NCBI GenBank assembly: GCA_049999805.1
Contig: JBNGIO010004591.1
Span: 1-36,253, forward strand
DNA length: 36,253 nucleotides
Direction: 5' to 3'
DNA from: Folioceros fuciformis
Lineage: Eukaryota
Below the pieces are notes generated by a model. That model saw nothing but the letters and a program-made list of their open reading frames with translations. It was not told the DNA's origin and searched no databases. Position numbers and translations under genes: made by a program. Positions 12,501-23,113 of this stretch are shown here, one piece after another (position 1 is the first letter of the stretch; every line of letters begins with the position of its first letter).

Positions 12501-12732
12501 GCCAGGGCAAAGCTGGTGGACAGGTATGGACGGACTTGTGCACAGTTTCTCAGTTGGAAAACGAAGAACCCCACGGGAAAGCAATTCTGAAACAAGTTCT
12601 TTGAAACAAGGAAAAGGGTATATGACATTAGACGGCCAGCAGAAACTTCCGACTGACCGGAAATTTTCACCGCACATAGGCGCGTTTCTGAACATTTACA
12701 GGCAAATCGACAATCGTGAAATCTCCCAGTGA
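9544..12732 (+). CDS. PLS-class PPR protein (about 8 PLS triplets, E1, E2, truncated WW-type DYW start), putative organellar RNA-editing specificity factor
   Basis: Intronless ORF; first in-frame ATG at 9544 (alternative 9676; the ORF track starts at a GTG). Repeating DVVTWxAMI / TFVCLLQAC / LVDMYAKCGSLEDA triplets with a 312-bp period; S2 VEHYTCMVDLLGRAG; E1 IWLTLLGAC; E2 YVLMANIY; KQPGQSWWT...VHSF; no HxE/CxxC motif. Confidence 0.95.
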   Translation: MPARLSQSSAPSADIRNPRDVGGLRRTPAHLRSGNQRVSINEATMCSSFARNPAAWDAPLVDGHTETCHRQTGARSSTWSVRDDGNVRGPAGYGSGVTAETVSNLCQQGKLGKAVEGLEALAHGGCHISKSLVYAVLKRCVAEKDLLSGRRVHAVTVKKGYGSDTFLCNHIVRMYTAHGQLQEAMDVFTVVARPDAFMWSSVISAHVKHGKDERAIRLYHGMCRSGVKPDGHVFVAALQACARGTDLKSGQQVHANVLASGVEPNLFVCNSLVDMYVKCGSLEEARRVFDGVGKKDVVTWTTMMQGYSQHGMGAEALRLYAVMQEEGTEAPNSMTFVCLLQACASVGAPALAMGKQLHAQIREKGYEADGFLASSLVDMYAKCGSLEDARTVFEGLGQRNVVMWTAMIAGYSRQGMGQEALNVYRAMQEEGIVAPNTVTFLCLLQACASVGPPALESGKHLHAQIKERGLQGDVCMASTVVDMYAKCGSLEDARSVFDKIGQKNVVTWSAMIAGYSQQGQGQEALDLFRAMQEEGFVAPNYVTFVCLLQACASVGTSALEKGKQLHVQIRERGLQGDAFVANTLVHMYAKCGSLEDAHSLFDQLDEKDVVTWNAMLAAYSHRGLGHEALSLYSDMQQEGLAAPDSLTFVCLLQACGSVGIVALEMGKKLHEQIRDRGLQSEVFVANGLVDMYAKCGSLEDALRVFDGLGQKDVVAWTALISGFSQQGMGQEALRLYNAMQEEGISVRNPVTFVCLLHACANVAALHTGRQLHAQIEEQGLQSEVLVAGSLINMYGKSGSMVDAQNVFDGMTERDVATWRALIAGYTCQGDSDVVFDLLHRMREDGIQPDGITFLNVLKASSHVGLLTKGCKFFEAMSKHYDVTPTVEHYTCMVDLLGRAGQLDEALCLVRTMPVLPSSIIWLTLLGACQKWSNLEIGGHAFHEAVKLDEKDAALYVLMANIYTSAGMWEQAQGMHSKRKGIRAWKQPGQSWWTGMDGLVHSFSVGKRRTPRESNSETSSLKQGKGYMTLDGQQKLPTDRKFSPHIGAFLNIYRQIDNREISQ

Positions 12733-12736
12733 AGAC

Positions 12737-15700
12737 TCATCGAACCCGGATTGAGTTATACAGAGCAACATACTGCCCAGCCGATTTGTTCCAGCTGTTG
12801 TCTACTTGCATGACCTTGGAGGTCAAATCCAGCCACCACGCAGGCTCTACAGGCAGAAACCTTCGGTTAAGCAACGCAAGGACGGGACAGCCATACCATA
12901 AGTAACGATACCCAAGACGTACTTTCTTTGTAGTACTGGAGAGCCCGCCCCAATGCGCTGTCCAAAGCTGCTTCGCTGATACCATCGAACACAAATCTGC
13001 ACAGAATAGGCCGTCCCAGTTGAATCACGCAACATATTGTGCACAATCGCTTCACTTCTACCTGTCCTGACAAAAGCACCAGCGCTTACCCGTTGGCTGT
13101 ATGTGCGGATGCCTGGTCATCTACGTCGAACACAGTGTCTGCCAAGCCTCCAGTCCTTCGAACCACAGGAATCTAACAGTACACGGACAGCATCATCAAC
13201 AGATTGGAGATTGCATCCCCTGTCAGCTGAACTTACAAACGCCCAAATATGTATCGTGTTAGCCAGCAAGAAACTTTGCCTTGGCAGAATAGGGCGGGGC
13301 CAGGAGATTACAGCTCCATAGCGCATGCCAATCATCTGAGTTAAGCCACACGGTTCAAACATCGATGGCACTAGCACAATGTCGGCAGCAGCGAACAGCA
13401 AGTGGGCCAACTCTTCACTGCAAGAAACAGATGTCAAGTCTCTTCAGAACACGACGGGGCGACAGTAGAACCAGCAAGAAGTAGAAAGTGCGGATCAAGA
13501 ACCGAATTCGACCTGTAAGTTGGCAGCACTCGGATCCGTTTGTTGTCCTCCAGCTGAGAGTCACAACAGTCGTACACAGAAAGTTCAGATTTTGTGCAGA
13601 TGTTACACTAACCTAACGCGCCTGGTGAAGTCACCAGCTCTGCTAACAACAGCTTTTCCTCCCCCAAAAACGAGTAGTACCTGACGTGCCAGCTGCTCAA
13701 ATTCACCTTGCACACGAGCTTCAGGAGCTGTTCCTAGCAAGATGAATTGGCCCCCCTAACCACACACACACACACAATTACCTTAGGTGCCTGTGCAAAC
13801 ATAAAAAATAAGGTGACAGACCAGCGCGAAACAGAATATTCTCTTGAAAGCAAATACCAGCTTCTCAACATGCCAGAGTGCATGGCGGATTAGGTGAATC
13901 CCTTTCTGAGCCACTAATCTAGTTATGCAGACCACCAGTGGCAGACGCTGCCTCTCACGGCCGTTAACGATGTCTGTAGGCGGGGTATCAAGGTCCAGAC
14001 TCAGCCCTCTTTGTACATAGTGCTTACAGATCTGCTTGCCATCAAGCTCCTGTGCTGCACAGATCACAAAACCAAGCCACCCGGCTGAGGTTTAGCAGCT
14101 GATACCTCCGGTGAACAGCAGTTTTGAACAGGACAACCAAGAAAGTTAACTTCACAATCGGTTGCTTTGCACTCTCCATAGATGGCAATGGCGTGTGGAG
14201 TACCTGTAAAACCTACTGGGAGTACTGGATCTTTAGCTGGATCCCAAAGCACGGTGTCTATTCCATTCAAGATACCAGAATACCTGCGTACCACAGGAGA
14301 CAGTGTTAGACGACTACAGTGAAGCACGGTCAACCTCAGACTATCAAGGAGGTACAGCCCATACTTGTTACGGTGCTTCATCAAAGTGCTTGACAGCCAC
14401 CCTGAACATAAAGTCTCATTCACATATGTTGGTGACACAGTTCTGCAGAGAGACGAAAGTGCTCAAACCATGAGCGCACAAAATCCCTAGAAGCTACAAG
14501 GCTAAAAGTATGTGACAAGCAATTGGAAGGTGATGTACATCCTGATCCCTTCCATCCCAATCACTTCAAACGAACGACTGACATAACATTTCATAACCGA
14601 AACTATTTCAAAAGCTTACGTGACAGCATTGCTGTAAACGATCCCCCCTTTCAACAAACTGAGTCTTTCAGGGTTGTGACCAATCGTTCGATCATCAACT
14701 GCCTGTCAAGCCGGCAGATAGAGTCACATGAATAGTGATCACGTGGTACATACATGCTTCTGAAATGTGAGAAGTCAGTACCTTGTCTGGAACTAGATAT
14801 AGAGCACCGTCTAAGCCACACATGTCCAATTGCTCAGACCTGCAGTGGGCCAACCAAATGAACACGGCATTGAAGAAAGTGCCACGTGGAGAAAACAAGC
14901 AGAAAGATAAGAGGAACAGAAACGGGTAGAGGAGGGGCTAGGGCTTGCCTGCATTCTCCATGGTGCTCCATGTTGTGGATGGTGAGCACAAGTCGTATAT
15001 TCTGCCATACCACATGTACGCACATGATACAAACAATCTGTTATGAAGACGTGCTCTTACATGTGCTCGAGAATTAACACCGGAATAAGCAGAGACAGAC
15101 CCGGAGAGCCAGATGATGGTATATATCCCAGTACAGCAAAGGAAGGCCGCCCACATGCCATTCATGCGCGTGTATTATATCCGGCTGTGTTCGAGTTACC
15201 TGCAACAAGACCGCCGTGGGTAACAGCGAGCAATGCAACCCATGGTTGGCACAGGAAGGGAAGCACAGAACGAGGGTACACCAACCTGCATCCATTCCAA
15301 ACATGCTCGACTGAAAAACAAGTAAGCTTCCAGCTCATCATACGAACCTCCGTAGATACGATTTCCTCTGAAGAAGTGATTAGATGGATGCACAAAGATG
15401 ACAGGCACTCCAGACACAGTGCCTTTGTAATTGGTGACCGAGACCGTGCCTCCCCTATGAAAACATAGGTACGTCTCAATTGCTGTCAAATTCTCTATCT
15501 GGTCCCTGGGAATGCATTCATAGAAGGGTAGCATCACCTCCACCTTGTGGCCCCTTTCAATGCATGCCCGTGCTAGACCCGTGACGACGTCAGCCAGGCC
15601 TCCAACTTTGGCCAAGGGTGCCATCTCGGCAGTGACATGCACGACATGCAGGCTCTGCCCATCCACTGGGACATGGTTTGAGGCATGGGATCCAGCCACC

Positions 15701-16416
15701 GGACGGTGCTCCCCATCGCCCCCTCCGTCCTTAGGAAACCTCCGCTTCCAGAAAGGTTCAGCATCCGAGGGAGACGGCCATACAATGTCGGTAGTGTCGG
15801 GGAAGAGAACGCTTGGTCGTTGCCTGCGAGCCGCAACGCCAGCTAGCTGCAAGAACAAGACAAGGGAGTTGCATTCACAAATGCAGGCAACCAATTTGCC
15901 ACACACTCAATTCAGTGAAACCCACCGGCTGTTCAGCCGCCGCGCTGTCGCCACTGGACAGGCTGGGTGGGGCAGCCACCACTCGTGACTCCAACTCCTC
16001 GACGCGTGCACGGAGCAGCTCATTCTCAACTTGCAATTGAGCAATCTGTGCACAACAGGAGCAGTAAGGACCTTGTGTGGATCTTACCGCGAGGCATCTG
16101 GCAATCAGGCAAACCAGACCTTGTCCTCATCAGACCCATCCAACTCCAGGCCCTGCTCCTCGGTCTCGGTCTGCTGCTGTTGAGACTCCAGTCCAGATGA
16201 CAGCGGTATCGAGCGACCAAAATTCGCGGGCCGACGGCACCGCGCACCAAAGGAATTCGACAGCGTTGGGGCACATTCCGTGGATACGAATGTGCCCAGC
16301 TTGGCATTCCGGCATGCAATTGCCCTCTTGGTTCCGCCCGCTTGCCAGCGGGCGCCAGCAGCAGCAGGCCCCAAGGTCCGGCACTGGGTAGCGAACGCGG
16401 CAGGGGAGGCCGCCAT
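12737..16416 (-). CDS. SS6: Soluble starch synthase, SS6 (SSVI)/SS4-related clade, plastid-targeted; 16 exons
   Basis: Exons read by eye: 16416-16120, 16045-15926, 15846-15286, 15199-15101, 15001-14949, 14839-14782, 14702-14620, 14442-14365, 14283-14204, 14054-13858, 13755-13681, 13553-13513, 13417-13312, 13172-13090, 12996-12923, 12846-12737. Motifs [73 protein letters not shown]...PFWK and [13 protein letters not shown] recall SS6 (subclass assigned from memory, not by search). Confidence 0.9.
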
Positions 16417-18203
16417 GTCTATCTTGGCTTCAGATCAGAGCATGCCAAGTTGGCCACAGCAAATGCAAGAAGTTGGAGCAGAGGCAGAGCGTGGCAAGCT
16501 CGCTAGCTGATGAGCCGCATGCGAGCTCGGCCTGCCTCACGGTGAGGCTGGCCTTCGCTGGGTGGCCTGAAACCGATCCCGCTATCGCGCACCATAATAT
16601 TCGCTTTGGTGGGACAACGCTGACAAAACGTCTCACACGCACTACACTATAGAGTGTTGCCTTCTAAAACCGTCCTTGAACCCGATCCCGTTCGCGCTTC
16701 CGCCTCCCCTTTCCCTTCCTCTTGCTCTTCGTTATGTTCCTGGATCGCGTTAGTCCAAAACCGACGCGTTGGTTTCATTAAGTTATGTTTTAGTAGATCA
16801 GGAGTATGTTATATGTGCCTAGCAGCCTGTGGTGGGAAGATCGATTTTTTTCTTGCTGGGTTGCCTCACTAGGTATGTCCACAAGTAGTTATTGCTTTGG
16901 AGAAAAGAGGAAATTTTTTTGCATAACTAGTACACTTGGTGTACATAAGTGGTCTTGAGAATTGAGAAGTGTGTGCTTGGGAATAAGTATGGTCTTGAAT
17001 AAATATAAATTTTTATAAGAAATACATTATTACTGCGCTATCACTTGAAATGAGCTAATTGCCCAAAGCTTGAATTCAATGGTGCAACATTATTGGCAAT
17101 GACTATTTTTTCATCTTGTGTTGTTACTCGAAAACTTAAACTATAACCTTCTAGCGTTACATTCTTTTGCCAATTTTGTCCCCAATTGTGTGTTATGGGC
17201 AACCACTTGAATTGGAATGCTTCACCGACATAGCGGAGACTACTCTATTTTCACTTTATGTATTGCTAAGAGTTGTGTACATGTTTTTGTCAAAGCATGA
17301 GGTGGTGAGCTAGACAGCTCTACTAAGTATTATTTGCTTTCAGCATCTCGTCGGGTTGGATTCAGATGATGCAAACCAAGCGCTTATGTGCTGCTAGGGA
17401 ACATATACATGAGTGCAAGCAAGTGAGTAGCATAAGGAAAGAGAGTATGAGATAGGCAATAGGTAAACTCTTGGCTAGCAACAGCAACTGAGCATGAAAT
17501 CCACTTGTTTTCATTGCCATACTCACACTCATACCTATTCTCGCACTTGTTGTCATATTCACACTCATATCTATTCTCAAAACTAGTGGACTCATAGCCA
17601 CCGCATTGTTTTCACATTCACGCTCATACTTGGTCTCACACCTATTCTTACACTCACACTATTAGCATGCATAGTAACGGCAACATCTCAATCAGAATTA
17701 AGATTATAGCTCAAATTTGGTGAAAGCTTGGCTACGGTCATGTGATTTACCTAAGATTTAAGTAAAAACCCTTCCCTTCATAACTTGCAAATTGCGAGTA
17801 TGAAGAATTGAAGTCAAGTCAAGTAAGCAATATACTCCACATGGGTTATGGAATGAGATGATTTAGATTTCCGTAAGAAGCCCTTACCATTACTTCTCTT
17901 AATAACTTACAACTTACAAGCGCAAAGAAGTGTAGTGAGGTAAGATGAGCGATATGCCTAACATGGGTTATGGAATAAGACGGCATATGGTATGTAGAGT
18001 GGAATCCACCAAAAAAGGTTATCCCATAAGGCATTAAGCAAAGAAGAAATCTAGTCTAGCTTCCCCATATTGGGATGTAGTCCTACTATTTTTGCTCAAC
18101 TTTGAAGGATCTACATTAACTTTGGCTCGGGCTATAAACAACCAACCACTTGAGAAGGTCGTCTCTGGCTCGACTCTAGCTTAGGCTATAAAAGACCTAG
18201 CAC

Positions 18204-18490
18204 TTGAGAAGGTTATCATATAAGACGTCAAGGCAAGAAGTGAGAAGGTTGTTCTATATAACATTGAGGCAACAAGTGAGAAGGTTGTTCTATGTAACAT
18301 TAAGGCAAGAAGTGAGACGGTTGTTCTACATAACATTAAGGCAAGAAGTGAGACGGTTGTTCCATGTAGCATTAAGGCAAGAAGTGAGAAGGTTGTTCTG
18401 TGTAACATTAAGGCAAGAAGTGAGAAGGCTGTTCTATGTAACATTAAGGTAAGAAGTGAGAAGGTTATCCCACGTGACATCAAGGCAAGA
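18204..18490. repeat. Tandem repeat, 36-bp unit, about 8 copies, in TE-like DNA
   Basis: gtgagaaggttgttctatgtaacattaaggcaagaa variants at 18204, 18240, 18276, 18312, 18348, 18384, 18420 and 18456; a flanking block near 18130 recurs near 18580. Confidence 0.93.
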
Positions 18491-20608
18491 AGAGACCTAG
18501 ACTACCTCCCTCATACTTAAATATCATTTCATTCTTTGCTCATCTTTGCAATCTCTAGCTCTAGCTTCATCTCCATTTTGGGTTATAAACAACCAACCAC
18601 TTAAGAAGGTTGTCCCATGATATCAAGCCAAGAAGAGACCTAGCCTACCTCCTTCGTATTAGGATGTGGTACCATTTATTTTGTTCTAGTTTAAAGTGTG
18701 TTCTTAGGGTGTAGTGTAATTTTAAGAAGTTTTGCACTTATGGAGTAGTACATAATGTGATAAGGAACATAAGACTTTAAGTGAAAGAAGGTCTCTTGGA
18801 GAGTAGAAGGTCTCTTGAAGAGTAGTAGTCTAATACGAAATAAAAGACTTTTTAGTGCAAGGACCATGTTTCTCAAGAAGTAATAGTTTGATAAGGAACA
18901 AAGGAATCTTAGAGTGTTACTCAGCACCCCAAAGTAGAACTTCACCCCAAAGTAGAACTTTGATGAGGGAATTGTCTTGAGAAGTGTGTACATAATAAGG
19001 GAAGCGAGTATAATAATTATCGACAAGGAGTAACAAAAGACCTAGCTTATTATAGTTGTTTTGTAGCTCATTGATGTAGTACTTTGGAAATGAAACCAAG
19101 TTCAATATAAGAGGAAGACCAAAAATGAATGTGATAAGAATGAACAAATATTAAGCTAAGTTGCATAATTAGGTCCTTAATTTGGATTAGGTAGTCAACA
19201 CGTTTAATAAGAACTTTGCATTCTCCCTTATAAATGAATAACCAAAGACGTAAATACATACATGCTCAACATGACAAATGTTCAAACTTCGGGTTTAATA
19301 TCTCCTATATGTGCACCCACATTGCAAGTCTTGAAACATGGGCTAAGATTTCAAGTCCCTACATGTGCAAGGGCATATGAATTATTAGCATTGATTGTTA
19401 CATGCTTTAGCCATGTCGTATTAAATTCTTTCTTGAGAAGGTAAATAAGATACCTCATTACTCACATAGTTGTTATGGTATGGAAATGAAGACGATAATG
19501 GTTTGCTTCTTCAAAATCCCATTTAGACATCATAACCTAAGATCTTGATCACTTACAACATATATTTTTTGTCCTTAAAATGTATATAAAAACATCATAA
19601 TTTTCAAGCCCTTTTGTGTTATGTTTGGTTGAAGGCTAATGGTACAATGGTGGGTGTAAAGCTAACCTTTGTTCTTCTTACAAAATTAATAAATAGTTCA
19701 AGATACTTTACATTTATTGGTTTAATTTGCAAATTGTCCCGTAACATGTTGTTTCTCACGTCTTATTATTGAGCATCCAAACAAGTAATAAGAATTGTGC
19801 TATCTCCTCCTGCTTAGGAATTTGCATTTGAGACTTGCAAGCCCATGAACAAGGACTTGTTGAGGTTAACCAAAGAGTGTGCAAAAATCTGTCCCAAATA
19901 CAGAACAAACGGATCTCCCTCCTTCCCGTATATTGGCTTTCTTTGGGCAATGGTTTGGGTAGCTTTGCAGAAAGCGCTGGCTAATGCAGTTTAGAGGTCA
20001 GTTAGGTTACGAATGCCCCATGAACCCGTGGCTTCTTGAGCACCCGCGCGAACTATGGATTTCTTGATTAGGGGCAGGTAGGCCCTTTTATCATCTCTAA
20101 TTGCTATATCACTGGTGCAGTCATTGGTGCTCTTCCTGGCTCGTGGGTAAATGAGATTTCCCTCGTTTCTTTTAATAAAGTGCATTTTTCCATTCGAGTC
20201 CCTAGATTTGTCTAGGGTTAAAATTAACAGTCGCTTGAATTTGTGGCCCAGCAGCATAAGGTGTGAAAAGGGCAAGTGCAAAAAGCGGGGAGTACATGTA
20301 GTAACGACGAAAGGGAGCCAGTTTGAAATACACTCCATACATAGGTGCAGGACGCTAAACAGGCTTGTAGGCTTGTCCGTGTGGAAGGTGCCGTCTTACC
20401 GCGATAAGGGTAGTATGTCGGACCCCATGGAAGGCCTTGGTCCCGACTCCCTCTCCCTTCTCTGCCGCTTTCTTTGTTCTTGCCGGGTAGTCTGGGCGTC
20501 AGCCTAGTGCCGCAGATTGGCAGGCATTTGCGGGGTTTGGTTGCAGCAGGTTCCAGAGGGCTCCAGACTTCGTGCAGGCCAGGCGTAGGTTCCAGTATCA
20601 GCAGCAGT

Positions 20609-22772
20609 ATGGGGAGTGCCAGCAAAGAGGAGGCGGATGTCAAGTCGGAGGATGGCGGGGAAGAGCAGCTGACGCGAAAGGACTCTGGTCAGTTCGCTGA
20701 GGGCGACAAGGTGCTGGCCTATCATGGCCTGCTTATTTACGAGGCAAAGGTGGTCTTTTTCGTCTTGAAACCCACACTGCTGGGCCACCAGCCATTCTGC
20801 TGCTTGTCTAATGCTTCTCAACCTAGTCGTGCCGCAGTTGTGTTGTGGTCACGTACTGACGTGCCGTGTGCTTCTTGCAGATTCAACGTGCTGAGTACCG
20901 GAAGAAAGAGTGGAAGTACTTTGTGCACTACCTGGTCAGTTTCTTGAAACACTTTTGTTGGACGAGTCCTTTGTTCCCGAGTCTTCCGTTGCCTGATTTC
21001 GTCACTTTCTTCAGCTCACTGAGTTTGTCTCGGTTTTCTGCAGGGCTGGAATAAAAAGTGAGCCTCCTTCCACTAGTTAGCATTTGGTATCAGGCCAAGT
21101 CAAAGTGTTTTTATATCGTTGCTGTCCTACTCGCTATTGATCATGAAGTTGTCACTTTGGTATTGAAGTAATTTGTGGGGTTGTTGCGTCTGCTAGTTGT
21201 TTGTAATGAATTGCTTGCAAGTTCAGCTGAGCTGAAAGGGTGCTCGAGGTGTGGGTTCTGACGAGATGAGATATTGTGATGATTGGGCATGAAGAATAGC
21301 TGGGATGAGTGGGTGGGAACGGATCGCCTCATGACTCTGACTGAAGCAAACCTGGAGAAGCAAAAGAAACTGTTCAAGAGTCAGAACGGAGAGAAGAATA
21401 AGGGACGCATCTCCCAAGGCAAGAAAAGCGCTCCTTCTGGTAAGACCTGGTGTAACGCATTCAGGGTGATGTGCTGAATATGGATGGCTGAAATTCTGAC
21501 TTTGATTTGTCTGCCCATGTAGACATAAAAACTGAGAAAGAGGAGAAATCATCGGGTAACGTTTCCATCTGTGGTCTATATGATGCTGAAGTCTGAGGGT
21601 CCTTTTGCACTGTTTGAGGTCCTTTGGCCGAAGCCTCTGTGTGGAGGAAATGCCCATGCAGGACGATTCTATTTGACTTTGGACCTCTTGACAGCTGACA
21701 TTATTTTGGTGTTTCTTTACAGTGGGTAAAGGGAAGAAGCGCAAGGCTGATTCAATCGTTGAGGTCAGTCTCTTAGACCTTGTCATGAATCCTGGCCAGG
21801 CTCCGTGATTTTGTTCGATCTGGAGAGGATTCTTGTTGATTGTACGCAATACAGGAAAAGGAGAAGGAGACAGAGGAACCAGATCAAGTCATGAAAATAC
21901 CTTTACCTGGCACCCTGAAGAAGAGGCTTGTTGATGAATGGGAATTCATCACCCAAATGGGGAAGGTGATTGGCTGTCATGGGGGTGTGGTGCGGTTTAT
22001 TTAATGGGGTGTGTGGTACTAACCTGCCCTTGTTTGCCTCACTTGGGAACAGTTAATTAAGCTCCCAAGGAGCCCCTGTGTGGATGATATCCTCAAGAGA
22101 TATCTGGAGTTCAAATCGAAGAGGGACAACGTGTAGGTGCACTGCTACCATGTTTTAACCCCGAGTTTGTACTGTGTCTTCATCCAGTGGCTCGTGGGTT
22201 CGTGTACCTGTTTCTTGCGTGCAACTAAAGGAAGATGGTTATTGTGCAGAGCTGGTGATTCGCTTGCAGAAATCCTTAATGGGCTTCGCAGCTACTTTGA
22301 TAAGGCTCTACCGGCTATGCTTCTCTATAGGCAAGAGCGTGAGCAGTATGCCGAAGCTGTTCCAGAGGATAGCCCTCTGGCACCTTCCTTCATTTACGGA
22401 GCAGAACATCTCCTCAGACTTTTTGGTTGGGCCAGGAGCCTCCTATTTCAGCAGATGGTTCTGGTGCTATATTTTCCAGTACTGAGATTGTTTCCGTGAC
22501 GAATGTGCAGTCAAGATTCCAGAGCTGCTGGCATTCACAAATATGGAGGAGGAGGCATTGACTCAACTTCAGCAGAAGCTGACCGACTTTCTGAAGTCAG
22601 TGTCTACACTTGGGTGTCGGTACGGAACGAACGCGTTTCATTTTCTCCTGGTGGTCCCTGACTGGACTGGTTGTTTGCTAGGTTCCTGCAAAAGAATCAG
22701 ACCAACTTCTTTCTTTCTTCGTACGATGGCGTCAAACCAGAAAGTGGTGGAAAGAAGGAATCGAAGAATTAG
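20609..22772 (+). CDS. MRG1: MRG-family protein (chromo-barrel plus MRG domain; MRG15/Eaf3 homologue); 11 exons
   Basis: Exons 20609-20749, 20881-20934, 21044-21057, 21300-21439, 21523-21556, 21723-21763, 21855-21965, 22053-22132, 22250-22425, 22511-22595, 22682-22772, all GT-AG. FAEGDKVLAYHG..IYEAK, YFVHYLGWNKNWDEWV, LKKRLVDEWE, GLRSYFDKALPAMLLYRQER, YGAEHLLRLF. Confidence 0.93.
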
Positions 22773-23113
22773 TTGGTAACTCGCACAGACGGGAGAAGCA
22801 CATGCAGTACGGAGTGTTTAATAAAGGTCTTCTCTCAGTTGTGAATATCTTAAAGATCCTCTTGGCTCGTGGAATTTGTACATTATTTTGGTCGCGGGAA
22901 GTTATTGAACTGTTAACAAATCTGGGCGGTACAAGATATGTTGAGGGATATGAAACTCCATTAGCAATCACATCCCACCGTTTACAAAGGGAGGGGGTGC
23001 ATAACGACATCCCGGGGTGGAAAGAGATCACACGTTTAAGGCACACGTCCAAGGCAAACGAGGGACAAGCAAAAATCGACTGGAGCGTCGCTGCAGGGGA
23101 ACTCGAAATGTCT

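Noticed and set aside
16900-20000. Short ORFs in the AT-rich SS6-MRG intergenic region
   Set aside because: Low-complexity or repeat-derived; no recognisable protein family
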